Shown here in pieces: positions 1-12,336 of a stretch of 64,000 nt of DNA. The notes beneath the pieces are model-generated. The model was not told the DNA's origin and did no database searches. It saw nothing but the letters and a program-made list of their open reading frames with translations. Source of the DNA: Scyliorhinus canicula (Eukaryota); NCBI RefSeq assembly GCF_902713615.1, contig NC_052153.1, positions 43,725,382 through 43,789,381 of the forward strand, read 5' to 3'. Every line of letters begins with the position of its first letter. Position 1 is the first letter of the stretch. Position numbers and translations under genes: made by a program.

Positions 1-47
1 ATCAGAGATTATGGGAAGAAGGCAGGAGAATGGGGATGAGAAAAATA

Positions 48-387
48 TTTCATAGAATTTACAGTGCAGAAGGAGGTCATTCGGCCCATCGAGTCTGTAC
101 TGGCTCTTGGAAAGAGCACCCTACCCAAGCCCACACATCCACCCTATCCCCATAACCCAGTAACCCCACCTAACCTTTTTGGACACTAAGGGCAATTTAG
201 CATGGCCAATCCACCTAACCCACACATCTTTGGACTGTTGGAGGAAACCGGAGCACCCGGAGGAAACCCATGCACACACGGGGAGAACGTGCAGACTCCG
301 CACAGACAGTGACCCAAGCCGGAATCGAACCTGGTACCCTGGAGCTGTGAAGCAATTGTGTTAACCACAATGCTACCGTGCTGCCCG
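48..387 (-). mobile_element. HE1-type V-SINE inserted into a CR1 3' tail (1-47 and 388-465)
   Basis: On the minus strand: tRNA-like head (GGGCAGCACGGTAGCA...GGTTCGATTCC), V-domain (GGGTTTCCTCCGGGTGCTCCGGTTTCCTCC) and CR1-like tail ending CTGCACTGTAAATTCTATG. Confidence 0.9.
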
Positions 388-864
388 TATCAGCCATGAT
401 TGAATGGCGGAGCAGACTCGATGGGCCAAGTGATCTAATTCTGTTCCCATGTCTTATGGTCTTATGGTGTGTGTGCGTGTGCACATGTGTGCATGCGTGC
501 TCGTGTGATCTTGACCAAACAGGGGTGCACTATTCTGCTACTGAGTCCTCACCCTACCCCCTTCTGAGGTTTGGAGGATGGTGGTAACAACACCCCAAGT
601 TAAGCCGGCTACTTTGGCAATCAAGTTGTTTCTGGACTTGACCTGGGCTGCAGTTGTTATTAGATGTTCCCAGAAGGTCAGTGTCCTCCCTAAGGTCACT
701 CCGAGGTATGTGATTTAGGAGCAAAATTAGGCTATTCGGCCCATTTGAGTCCGCTACGTCATTCGATCATGGCTGATTTATTCCTCATCTGTTACCTACA
801 ATGCTACAGACCAAGAGCTGGGTTGCAAAATCAGCCAGAGCAAGTCCTCCGTCAAACACATGAC

Positions 865-1630
865 CGAGGAGCAGGAATAAGCATTTTAGCTTCCCAAGCC
901 TAAACACCTTCAATGTGATCATGGCTGATCCCATCATGGCCTCAACTCAACTGTCCTGCTTGTTCTCCTTCACCCTTGAACCCATTGCCAATTAAAAATC
1001 TGCCTAATTCCTCTTTAAATTTACTCACTGTCCCAGCATCCATCTCACTCTGGGGTTGTGAATTCCACAGAAGTAGTTTCTCCTCAAATCTGTTTTAAAT
1101 TTGCTACCTCTTATTGTAGGATTATGACCTCTCGTTTGAGAATGCCCCACAAGAGGAAGCATCTGCTCCACGTCTACTTTATCCATACCTTTTAGCATCT
1201 TGTATGCCTCAATTTGATCTCCCCTCATTCTTCTAAACTCTAGATCATATAGGCGTAAACTGTTCAATCTCTCCTCGTACGACAAACCCCTCATCTCTGG
1301 AATCAATCTAGTGAACCTCTGAACCGCCTCCAATGCCACTACATCTTTCCTCAATAAAGGGGACCAAAGCTGTGCACAATACTTGGTGTGGTCTCACCAA
1401 TGCCTTGTATAGTTGAAACAAAACTTACTTTTATACTCTATTCCTTTAGCTATAAACGCTAACAATCCATTTGCTTTCCTTATTACCTGCTGCACCTGAA
1501 TGCTGGTTTTCTTTAACTCATGCACGAATACAATAGATCTCTCTGCACCTGAGCACCCCGAAGTCTCTCCCCATTTAGATAAAAAGTTGCCTTTCCATTT
1601 TACTGACCAAAATGCATGACTTTACACTTA
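865..1630 (-). mobile_element. CR1 (HER1-like) LINE 3' fragment
   Basis: ORF 1025-1354 has the CR1 ORF2 C-terminal signature LEAVQRFTRLIPEMRGLSYEERL...RRMRGD...TRGH. Confidence 0.85.
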
Positions 1631-1639
1631 TGTTTGAGT

Positions 1640-2700
1640 GGTGCATTAACTTGCAATTATTCATTTGGATATTCAGCTCTTTATTGGCTTTTGCATTGTA
1701 ATGATGGAATAAGCTGGATACTGTTTTTGGAGGACTTGGCTTGAGTCGCCAAGTGTTGCACTATTGTTCAAGTTTTGACAAGTCTTCATTTTGAATCCTG
1801 TCCAAGCTGTCGAAGTCGGGGGGGTTTGAGTTGTGAGACAGATGTCATCGGCATTTATGAATTTTCAAGAGGTATTTTTTGAAAGATCGTTTATGTACAA
1901 GTTGAACAGGATAAGAGCCAATACTGAGCCTTGGGGGGGGGGGGGGGGGGGGGGGGAATCCATTGGTTTGCCTTTTCCATACACTTTTTGCCTGTCCAAG
2001 GTGAACTCTGAACCTTCGATTGTTCAGCAATGTTCCGATGCTTTTTGTTGTCTGGGGGCAGGCCGTAGCAGCTTCAGGAGGAGGCTAGTATACCAAACGC
2101 TGTCATAGCCAGCTGTGTGGTTGAGGAACACAGCACCTGTCTTCAGGTTTTTCTGAAAGCCGTTTTCAATGTAAGAGCCAGTACCTGCACTCCTGTCCTG
2201 CGGCCCTTATGGAAACCAGGTTGGTTGACGCTAAGCACTGAGGTGTTCAAGGATTTTATATGGGACCGACAGGAGGGAGATTGGACTGCAGCTAGCTGCA
2301 AGTGTGGGGTCTTTTCCGGTTTTGGTATGGCAATGACCTTTGCTGTCCGCCGTTTCTTGGCAATGGTGTTGATATTTATTACCATCATATAAAACCGGGT
2401 CAACCAGGCAAGAACTCGCGGCCCCAGGTATTTCATAAATTCTACCGCATTATTGTCAAATCCTGCTGCTTTGTCACACTTCAAGTCCTGTAGGACCTTT
2501 TTTAGCTCTGCAACCACAAAGGGAATGGACGGGGCTGATGTCTCCCCGGTGTTGCTGATGGTGTTATCTTCATTCACCTTGGATAATTCTTTTGGTATTT
2601 TTGCCCAGGGATGCCTTAGCTATAGCAAGCTAGGGCTGGAAACATAGTTGATTAGGATTCCTTGTGTGGACTCTTCTCATGAAGATTCCTTTGGAATATT
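1640..2700 (-). mobile_element. Degenerate non-LTR retrotransposon RT fragment (RTE/RTEX-like)
   Basis: Frameshifted RT motifs KAAGFDN..EF, KVIAIPKPEK, QPGFHKGR, QGSVLAPILFNLYINDL and FINADD. Confidence 0.7.
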
Positions 2701-2809
2701 TAGTCTGTTGGTAGTATCATTATCTCCCCCAGGCAAGCCTGTATACTGTCAGTGGGCGGGGGTCGTTGGGGGTTCGTGATGTGAACACTGACCCATTGCT
2801 CCCCACTCT

Positions 2810-3125
2810 TGGGTAAAGAGACTGAGATGCTGAGTGTGAGAGAGTCTGAAGGTGAGTGAATACGAGAGTTCGAGAAAGAATGAGTCCAGTCTGGGAATAT
2901 GCAAGCGTGAAAAAGCGAACATGAGAGTTCAAACATTGATGGACTGAGTGAGAGGAAGGTGCGCACGATCGAATCATTGAATGAGAGAATGAGAAAAAGT
3001 GTGAATGAATATAAAAGACTGAGTGAGAGCGTGAGATTGTGAGCGTGAGATTGTATGAGAAGGTTAATTAGAGTAAGAGGTGCATGTGAGAGGATGTGTT
3101 ACTAAATATGAGTGAGTTAAGTAAG
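2810..3125. repeat. Purine-rich degenerate (GAGT/GAGA)n low-complexity tract, resuming at 4120-4245
   Basis: gagtgaga-type units; the tract is split by a SINE and a solo LTR. Confidence 0.6.
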
Positions 3126-3126
3126 A

Positions 3127-3420
3127 ATGGTAGCACAGTGGTTAGCACTGTTGCTTCATGGCTCCAGGGACCCGGTTCAATTCCCGGCTTGGGTCACTGT
3201 CTGTGTGGAGTCTGCACATTCTGCGTGGGTTTCCTCTGGGTGCTCCTGTTTCCTCCCACAAGTTCCGAAAGACATGCTGTTAGGTGAATTGGACATTCTG
3301 AATTCTCCCTCTGTGTACCTGAACAGGTGTCGGAGTGTGGTGATTAGGGGCTTTTCACAGTAACGTAATTGCAGTGTTAATGTAAGCACTTGTGTACTTT
3401 TGGCACCAATAAAGATTGTG
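3127..3420 (+). mobile_element. V-SINE variant with the ...GGCTTTTCACAGTAA...AATAAAGATT tail
   Basis: Same head and V-domain as HE1 with a different tail. Related copies or tails at 14195-14340, 41990-42165, 51767-52040 and 57489-58131. Confidence 0.8.
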
Positions 3421-3431
3421 AGCATAATAAT

Positions 3432-4110
3432 TATTATGGACCAGGGTGTAAAAACTCCAAAAGTGTATTATGGAGTTCACCTGACCTATAACTTTTTGTT
3501 GAATTTGGCTAGAATGAGGTTACGCTTCAGGCGTTATTCAACAGTCTTCCTAGAGTCTAGGACCTAGACACTTAAATCAAAATGAGCTTTATTCTAAGAA
3601 CATAGTTAACATTTATATAAACACGCAGCAAGAATTTTTATCAATTACAAACATAAAGACACCCCACAGCTATAGTAATCTATGTATCACACTTCATGAA
3701 TTCCCCCTTAACTGTTCCAATTCAAAAACAAAATCCCATAAATCAAAAAACCCTGTTAAAGGGTATAGTCCAGCACTCTGCATTCTTACTTGCATGAGAC
3801 TGGCTTTCCCTGAGATTCTAATCCTGTCTCACCAGCATATTTAGTTCCTTCTGGAAAGCAAACTATATATTTTAAGTTGCCAAAGCAGGTAGCTATAATT
3901 AATGCTTTTTTATCCTGGAACAACTCTTTAAAATGAAAATAGAGACACAGGAAAAAAAACACTTCTTTCTCCCCGAGTCCAAGCAATCAAAATATGAAAG
4001 CGAAAGCAAAATCAGCTCACAGAGCCACAGCCCAGCTCCACCCACATAATGACATCACTGAAGCCATGTGATGAGACAAAAACCTTTCTTAAAGGGACAC
4101 TCTCATGACA
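3432..4110 (-). mobile_element. Solo LTR
   Basis: Minus strand starts TGTCATGAGAG and ends CCATAATA (mutated ...ACA). 5-bp TSD ATAAT. TATA-like TATATAAA followed by AATAAA on the minus strand (~3620, ~3590). Confidence 0.65.
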
Positions 4111-4249
4111 ATAATAATATGGAAGTGATCGAGTGAGAGAGTTTGAATGAGTAAAAGAGTGGGAGTGTGTGAAGAGCATACATAATTCAGTGAGTGAGTA
4201 TAGATGAACATGAGATAGTGCATGTCAGTGAGTGAGAATGGGATAATAA

Positions 4250-5495
4250 GTTTGGAATTCTCCTAACCCACCTTTGGCAAGGGGGTGCAGAGTCAGGTGA
4301 GAGCATAAAAGCCGGAAGCCCTGCTGGCATAAAATTAGGGTGCAGGATTCCCAATGGCGGGATAATGGTGGATTGATCATCCCACTGGCAGGTGGAGCAA
4401 ATGTTATTTTCATTCATTTGCATCTCATGACTGCTCATTATAACAGCTGTCCGCCAGTGTCCTGTCAGGTGTTTCAATCTTGTGTCACCCCAGCAGGAAA
4501 TCACACAGTATTAAACCCGATTGATAAAAAGTGATGTGCACAACGCAGCTTTCAGTTTGCCAGAGATTTCCGGGTATGTGCAACAACTTTCTCCATAATG
4601 CTGTGCTACCCCTGATGCACTGTTCACCACTCTGCCGGGTTCCTGCCCTCCATCTCCATGCCGAACTGGTCTTTATGGACAGCACCGTGCTGCTAGACCC
4701 ATGCCCCCCCCCCCCCCCCCCCCCCCCTGTGTTGCCAACTTGGATCAGTACTGTGCCTGGGGTGGGTTTGTACAGGGGTCTTCTTTCCCCTGCTGCTATA
4801 TACCAGCGTCTATCTGGACAGAGCTACGCTACCCATACAGCCACTGCACAAAGGTCCAAGATTTGACCGGGGGAGGAATATGTGATGAGGAGGAAGCTGA
4901 GGGGATGCGGTGGCCTTACGAGGGTTGTCCCAGGAGGAAGGGGTAGGCCGAGGACTCATGATGGAAGGCCGAGGTGCAAGGAGCTGGATGAAGAAGATGA
5001 ACAATGGAAGGCAGAAGGAAGACCAAGGGGAGGAAAATTGGAGCATGACAAAGCTGCATGAAAAGCTCACACACAAGGGAGTCAAAGGGATATCGCATCA
5101 TTTACTGGAAAGGGGATAGATGAAGACTCCGGAGGCGACAGGTAGAGGCCCGAGTGGGGCATGGGTACCTCGCAGGTGATGGGCTGGGTATGGAGGCGAT
5201 GGTGGTTGAATCAATAATCAGACTTCTTCTTGAGGCTGCTATCCTTTTCCCTCTGGGCAACATCCTGTATGGGCTGGAGAAAGTGATATGTGTGTGCTGG
5301 ATTGATATGGCGCCGGATCCTTCAAACCCATCAGCAGAGAGCGGGCAGATGATTCAGCTGCTGGCCAGCCAGAGTCCGAGGGGAACTTGCTGTGTCTAAT
5401 TAATGAAATTCTAAGCACAGAATTTGGCATGGAATTCCGTCCGTCATTCTGGTTGGCGGGACAAGCACCCTCTCAAAGAGGGCGAATTCCACCCT
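4250..5495. mobile_element. Long non-autonomous DNA-transposon-like element; a related inverted copy runs from 63063 to the window end
   Basis: Ends GGCGAATTCCACCC (TIR-like). 4985-5090 is the reverse complement of 63525-63630. Confidence 0.55.
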
Positions 5496-5919
5496 AATTG
5501 TGAATTAGTCGATGATAATGAGTCAATATCCAGGACACATGCAGCAGCTCGCAGCAGGCTTCAGTCTCGATATTCACCTTCCCAATCACCCCACCTGCTC
5601 GGGAAGTGATCTACAGAAACTACAGTGGGAAAACATGATGACAGAATTCAGCTCTTTATAAACTGTCTACTTGACTGCTCTGAGTTTTTTTTCGAATTCT
5701 TCTATGGTATGTGAGTGCCGCTGGCCAAGACTCTCCCTAAAGTTTCCAAAATACTTCACAAAAGTATGAAAATCTTGTTTCTGAGTTGCCGAACAGCTTC
5801 TAAACTGAAGTAGCATTGGAATTTAAAACCTTCATACTTGATCATTGCCACCTTGTCTTTTGCATAGTGTTTTGCAACAGTTTGTATTCCCTATTACAAA
5901 CACACCTTTTTAGGAATAT

Positions 5920-6077
5920 GGGTGGGATTAACCGGCTGTTCACGCCAGCAGAAGATTCCGGTCCTCCCCCGGGCACGGGTTTCCCGGCGGCGAGGGGTGC
6001 GGTTAACGGGAAATCTCGTTGGCGGGCTGCCTCCGCTGCCGAAGAACAGGCAGCGGGCTGGTCAGTAAATCCCGCCC
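5920..6077. mobile_element. Short GC-rich MITE
   Basis: TIRs GGGTGGGATT(A)AC / GTAAATCCCGCCC. Confidence 0.7.
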
Positions 6078-6479
6078 AACACCATGTCCGGATGCTTTAA
6101 CAGGTGAAGAAAGTTGTATGTAGTATAATTTTCCAGTTAAATATTGCCCCAAACAGATAAATAATTCACCAATTACTCAGCAGTCACCTCACACTTCCTT
6201 ATCTCTGGGCTCACTTTCTAACCTCCTGCTCTGTATCACTGAAATAGAATGATTGAATTACCAGTCACTTAACTCATTGCTTTGAAACTGATGGGACTTC
6301 TTAGTGACAAGTAAGAACGATTTTATATGGTGGTCCCCAATGTTGAGCAGCTGATGAAAGCTACTAACCAATGTACAGTTATGTATGTGATCAACAAGTC
6401 ACCTGATCATTCAATTCATCATCCAGAGTGCCCTGAGAGATGCCCACAGATGCGAGTTGCAGCATCTCCGCCAACACAT

Positions 6480-7200
6480 GGGCACGATTCAGCAACCTGG
6501 TCGGGCACGATTCAGCAACCTCGTCACGCCTGACTTGGTTTTGGGACATGGCTGTTGAATCTTGTGTGACGTCGCGATCTGAATCTCGCCCTCACAGATC
6601 AGCATATTTAAATGAGCCATACACCTCATTTAAATATACGTTTGCCAGACGCACCCGGCACCTGGGAGTCACAGCTACGCCTGGGACACCTTGCCAGAAC
6701 ATCGTTTAGTACTGGTCTACAAAATGTGGATCATTCCTGGGGGTGGTCTCCCAGGCCATTAGAGATCCACGGTTGATCAAGGAGCGGCCACGTTGGTACC
6801 CTGGCATTCCCCATGGCACCCAGTCCCTGATAGCCTGGCACCCTGGCAGTGCTTCCTGTGCACCCTGACAGTACCATTGTCAGGTTGGCACTGCCAGGTT
6901 GGCAGAGGCACTACCAAGATGCCTGAGTGGCACTGGCAGGGGCACTGGCAGGGGCACTGCCAGGGTGCTGGGCTGGAAATTACAGAGTGCCCAGGTGCCA
7001 TGTTAGCACTGCGAGGGTTCGGTCCCTGAGGAGCCTTACCAGGTATGTGGGGGGAATGGGGGAGGGGTGGGGGGAATGGGGGAGGGGGGGGGATTCCCGA
7101 GGGCCTCCTTGCTCACCAGAAATGGATGACAGGTCGATAAAAGAGTCAATAGGTGCTGCATCCATCTCTCTCGCCTGGCAGTGATCTGATTTCACTAACC
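6480..7200. mobile_element. GC-rich MITE-family element with a tandemly duplicated left terminus
   Basis: GGGCACGATTCAGCAACCT occurs twice. Internal GGCACTGCCAGG motifs are shared with the elements at 14657 and 45414. Confidence 0.6.
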
Positions 7201-7369
7201 CCCCCTAGTTTGGTTATGTGGAAATCTGACCACCTTTTACTACACCGAGATGCAACATGTGTTCTCTATATAATATTCAAATGCGAGCTGTAAAGTATTT
7301 GACTACATTGTTGTGTAAGGTTACACTCAAATTTAGTTTGTACTAAACACAGCTCTTGTTTGTTGACAG

Positions 7370-7569
7370 GATCTCAGTTTGGTGTGGCAGCTGACCTGGA
7401 CAACGTGAATGACAATATTGGCAAGCGGTTGGATGAAACCCTGAGGCAACGTAGACATGCAAAAGATGGCGACTACAACATTGAGGTGCTCTTGGGAGTG
7501 GATGACTCGGTGGTGCGGTTCCACGGGAAGGAACATGTCCAGAACTACCTATTGACCCTAATGAATATA
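7370..7569 (+). CDS. ADAMTS3: ADAMTS3-like exon (200 nt, phase 1-0): prodomain end, furin site RQRR/HA, start of metalloprotease domain
   Basis: Acceptor ttgttgacag|GA, donor ATA|gtacgt. Translates [66 protein letters not shown], matching the ADAMTS2/3/14 motif [30 protein letters not shown]. Confidence 0.93.
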
Positions 7570-8785
7570 GTACGTGTCTGTGGTGTTCTGCAATGTTTTC
7601 AAAACCTCTGAAGTCAGGGATAAAACAAACTAGGTACCCGCATAGGCACAACGGTAACTTGCAGGAGATTCAAGGCCATCTTGGGAGCTGGATTCACCAG
7701 CTATCTTTTGGAATGTTGTCTCATATTTAAGGAAAGATAGGAACATGTGTAGGTCATCTGATCCATTGACCCTGTGACCCAGTCAAGAGGATCATGTATG
7801 AACTTTTACATCAATTCCACTTTCCCACTCTATCCCTATATCCATTGATTTCCTAATGCTCATATGTCTCTCAATCTTTGGTGTTAACTGGCTCAGTGGT
7901 CGCAGTCTTCTGTCTCAATCTTTTCCAAAACAATAGATTTACTGCACACAAGGTGATTACTTAGTCCATTGCTCCTGTTCTAACTCTAACCCAGATCAAT
8001 TGAAATTATCACTATGACCCCATTCTCTCCCCTTAGACATGCTCCTCTCTCTGCTTCAAATATTTAAACAGGTTTTCCCCTTAATAGATGGAACCACCCC
8101 TGCCTCAGCTCCACATAGCAAACCATTTCAAGGTTCACTAACTTTGTGAAGGGGTTTCTTCTAACTTCTCTTAGTCACAATTTTAAATGGATGACCCCTA
8201 GTGATTTTTTACTAGTTATTTCATGAAGGTGAGCATTGCTACCAAGGCCAGCATTTGGTGCTCATTCCTAATTGCCCGAGATACGGTGGTAATGCCAGTC
8301 TCCTTGAATCGCTGCAGTCCATCTGGTATATGTACGTTGTTGTTTAGGGAGGGAGTTCCAGGCTTTCAGTGACAGTACAGGAACGGTGATAGAGTTCCAA
8401 GTCCGTATTGTGTGTGGTATGTCTTGGAGAGGAATTTGCAGGTGTTGGTGTTCCCAAGCATCTGCTGCCCTTGTCCATCTAGGTGATAGAGCTCACAGCT
8501 TTGGAAGGTGCTGTTGAAGATGGCTAACCTGCTACCTAGACAGTAGTCTTTCCCTACACGCTCACAATTAAATATTTACTACTCCAATAGCAGCAACTTG
8601 GAACACTAGAGTGCTTTTATAAATGTCTGGATGTGCTACACTGGGGTAGTAACAGACAGAATTTGACACCAAGCTGCATTAGGAGATATTGGGACAGGGG
8701 ACCTGAAGTGTATTTAAAGACACAAGTTTTTAGCAGGTTGTTAAAAGAGGAGTGAAAGAGTTGGATAGACAGAATGGTTTAGGGA

Positions 8786-8976
8786 TTGGCACGGTGGCAC
8801 AATGGTTAGCACTGCTGCCTCACGACACCCGAGGACCCAGGTTCGATCCCGCCCCAGGTCACAGTCCATGTGGAGTTTTTCACATTCTACCCGTGTCTGC
8901 GTGGGTTTTACCCCACAATCCAAAGATGTGCAGGGTAGGTGGATTGGCCAAAATGCCGCAATTTAAAAAAAAAAGA
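8786..8976 (+). mobile_element. Short A-tailed V-SINE with a 15-bp TSD
   Basis: TSD AGAA(T/A)GGTTTAGGGA at 8771-8785 and 8977-8991. Confidence 0.85.
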
Positions 8977-9770
8977 AGAAAGGTTTAGGGAGGGGTTTCC
9001 ACAGCTTGAGTCTAAGACAGCTGAAGGAGTGCCTGCCAGTGGCTGGATGAAGGAAATTGGGGCTAAGCAGAGCTGTGGAAATGCAACATTCTCTGAGGAT
9101 CACATGGTTGAAGCAGAATATTGAGAAATTAAGGGCAAAGCCAATCAGGAACTCGAACAGGGAAGAAAGTTTTAAATTTGAGTCATTGCTGCACCAGGTG
9201 GCAGTATAGGTCAGCGAGCAAAGGGTGATGAGGTTAGATGGATTGGCCACATTTTTAAATTGCCCTTTTGTGGTCAAAAGGTTGGGTGGAGTTACTGGGT
9301 TAGGTGGGAATGATGGGGTGTGGGCCTCGGTAGCATACTCTTGCAGAGGGTAAGTGCCGACTCCTTGGGCCAAATGGTGTCCTTCCACACTATAGTTCAG
9401 AGGAGGAGTGCTTGGATAATTAGCACAAGGAATTAAAGTTCACATATGCATAAAGAAAGAGATAGAAGTTAAGAGTGAATCTACATCAAATACAAGATTT
9501 CAATCACTGAGGGAGAGTGCATTGTTCAGTCACAAGGACAGAAAAAAGCTCAGACATGAGGAGAGAGAAGTGCAAACTCAACAGGAGAAATGGTCAGGGA
9601 GAAGCAAAGGCATATTGAGAGAGAGAGAGGAAAGACATGTATGCAACATGAAAGTAGCTAAGAATGATATAGAGGGATTTTCAGCCACTGTGATAGACAC
9701 AACCACAAAGGTTGAAAACTGACGGTGAATCGCTAGTTCAGGGCAATGAGTAGTAAGGCCGAGGTGGCTT

Positions 9771-11090
9771 TTTAAAATTCATTTCCAGGATGTGGGCATT
9801 GCTGGTTAGGCCGGCATTTATTGCCAATCCCTAGTTGCCCTTCAGAAGGTGGTAGTGAGTTGTCGTCTTGAACCACTGCAGCCCTTGAGGTGTAGGTACA
9901 CCCACTGTGCTATTAGGGAGAGAGTTCCATGATGTTGGCCCAGCGAAGAAATGGCGATATATTTCCAAGTCAGGGTGGTGAGTAAGTTGGAGGGGAACCT
10001 TCAGGTGGTGGGGTTTCCAAGTATCTGCTGCTCTTGTCCTTCTAAATGGTAGTGGTCATGGGTTTGGAAGGTGCTGCATAATAATAATAATATTTTTATT
10101 GTCAAAATTAGATTGCATTAACACTGCAATGAAGTTACTGCGAAAAGCCCCTGGTCACCACATTCCGGCGTTGGTTCGGGTACACGGGGAGAATTCAGAA
10201 TTCTCAGCTGGTACGGAAATTAAACCCGCACTGCTGGCCTTGTTCTGCATTACAAACCAGCTGTCTAGCCCATTGAGCTAAGGAACCTTAATGAGTTCTT
10301 GCAATGCATCTGGTAAATGACACACAGCTGCCACTGTTCGTACGTGGTGGATGGGCTGAATGTTTGTGGAAGGAGGAGCAATCAAGCGGGCTTGCTTTAT
10401 CCTGGATGGTGTCGAGCTTCTTGAGTGTTGTTGGAGCTGCACTCATCCAGGCAAGTGGAGAATATTCCATTACACTCCTGACTTGTGCCTTGTAGATGGT
10501 GGACAGGTTTTGCGGGGTCAGGAGGTGAGTTACTCGCCGTAGGATTCTTAGCCTTTGAGCTGCCCTGGTAGCCACAGTATTAATATGGCTAGTCCAGTTC
10601 AGTTCCCGATCAATAGTAATTCCCAGGATGTTGATTCAGCAATGGTAATTGAATGTCAAGGGGCAGTGGTTAGACCCTTTCTTGTAGGAGATGGTCATTG
10701 CCTGCCACTTGTGTGGCATGAATGTAACTTGCCACTTGTCAGCCGAAGCCTGGCTATTGTCCAGGTCTTGTTTCATTTGGACATGGATTGCTGCATTATC
10801 TGAGCAAACGCAAATGGTGCTGAATATTGTGTAGTCATCCGCAAACATTCCCACCTCTGACCTTATGATGGAAGGGATGTCATTGATGAAGCAGCTGAAG
10901 ATGGTTGGGCATAGGACACTATCTTGAGGAACTCCTGCAGTGATGTCCTGGAGCTGAGTGATGTCCTGGAGCTGAGATGATTGCTCTGCAACCACCACAA
11001 CCATCTTATTTTGTGCCAGGTATGACTCCAACCAACGGAGAACTTTCCCCCGATTCCCTTTGTCTCCAGTTTAGTTAGGGCTCCTTGGAG
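9771..11090 (-). mobile_element. CR1-clade LINE RT and 3' end, interrupted by a SINE (10080-10280)
   Basis: AGVPQDSVLCPTIFSCFINDIPS...MFADD and YKAQVRSVMEYSPLAW. An 18-bp internal duplication gives QLQDITQLQDIT. Confidence 0.85.
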
Positions 11091-11994
11091 TCAATGGTGC
11101 CGGCAGTACGTGGTGTGCCTGGAGAGTACTCCAGTGAACAACATTGTAGGAGCCCTACAATGGCAAGGTGTGAAGGTGAGTTGGGGATAATGGGAGAGAG
11201 CCATGAAGTTAGGGACATTGAAGTTTGAGGTTGTGTAGCGGGACTCCTGGTTATACCAGGAGTGCAAATTCAGAGCTGGGGTAATAAAGTCCAAGGATGG
11301 TGAAATAGTATAAGACAGAAAAGGCCAGGATCAGAAGTATCAGCTGCGGAAGGCCATGAAATGAAATGAAAATTAAATGAAAATCGCTTATTGCCATAAG
11401 TAGGCTTCAATGAAGTTACTGCCCATGGCTGTGGGCAATGAAGTGGAAGTTGTGACAAGTTCAGAAGCAATAGGAGGAAGCTTGAGGTCATGGGAAAGAA
11501 GATAAATCCACAGAGCGAGAAATAGCTTCTTCAATGAGAGGGATGCAAGGAAGGCTGGAGTCTACATAGAGAGACATGAAGGAACAGGTTGAGAGAAAAG
11601 TCAGAGAATTTCTAGGATATGGAAAGATGAAGGAGTAAGTGGGAGGAACAGAATCACAATACTACAGTGCAGAATTGAGCTGATCGAGTCTGCACGGACG
11701 TATGAAAGGCCCTGACCTGACCACCTAATCCCACTTGCCAGCATTTGGCCCATAGCCTTGAATGTTATGGCGTGCCAAGTACTCATCCAGGTACTTTTAA
11801 AGGATGTGAGGCATCCCGCATCTACCAGCCTCCCAGGCAATGCATTCGAGACTGTCTCCATTCTCTGGGTAAAAAGCTTTTTCCTCAAATCCCCCCCCTA
11901 AACCTCCCACCCCTCAACATCATGATGGGAAGAATCCATTAAGACAAAGTAGCTGTAGAAGGTTGTGTCAAGTGTATTATATGGGCTGGCTACA

Positions 11995-12336
11995 CATAGA
12001 TCATAGAATTTACAGTGCAGAATGAGGCTATTCGGCCCATCGAGTCTGCAAAGGCCCATGGGAAGATCACCCTATCTAAGCCCACACCTCCACCCTATCC
12101 CCGGAACCCAGTAATCCCATCTAACCTTTTTGGACACTAAGAGCAATTTAGCATGGCCAATCCACCTAACCTGCACATCTTTAGATTATCGGAGGAAACC
12201 CGACAGCCGGAGTAAACCAATGCAGACATGGGGGAAAACGTGCAGACTCTGCACAGACAGTGACCCAAGCCGGGAATCGGACTTGGGACCGTGGAGCTGT
12301 GAAGCAACTTTGATAACCACTGCTACCATGCCACCC
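11995..12336 (-). mobile_element. HE1-type V-SINE
   Basis: Full-length homolog of 48-387. Confidence 0.85.

Noticed and set aside
1-7369. Upstream ADAMTS prodomain exon (FIEPL motif)
   Set aside because: Not found by eye; presumably 5' of the window. Likewise no exon was found after 60560.
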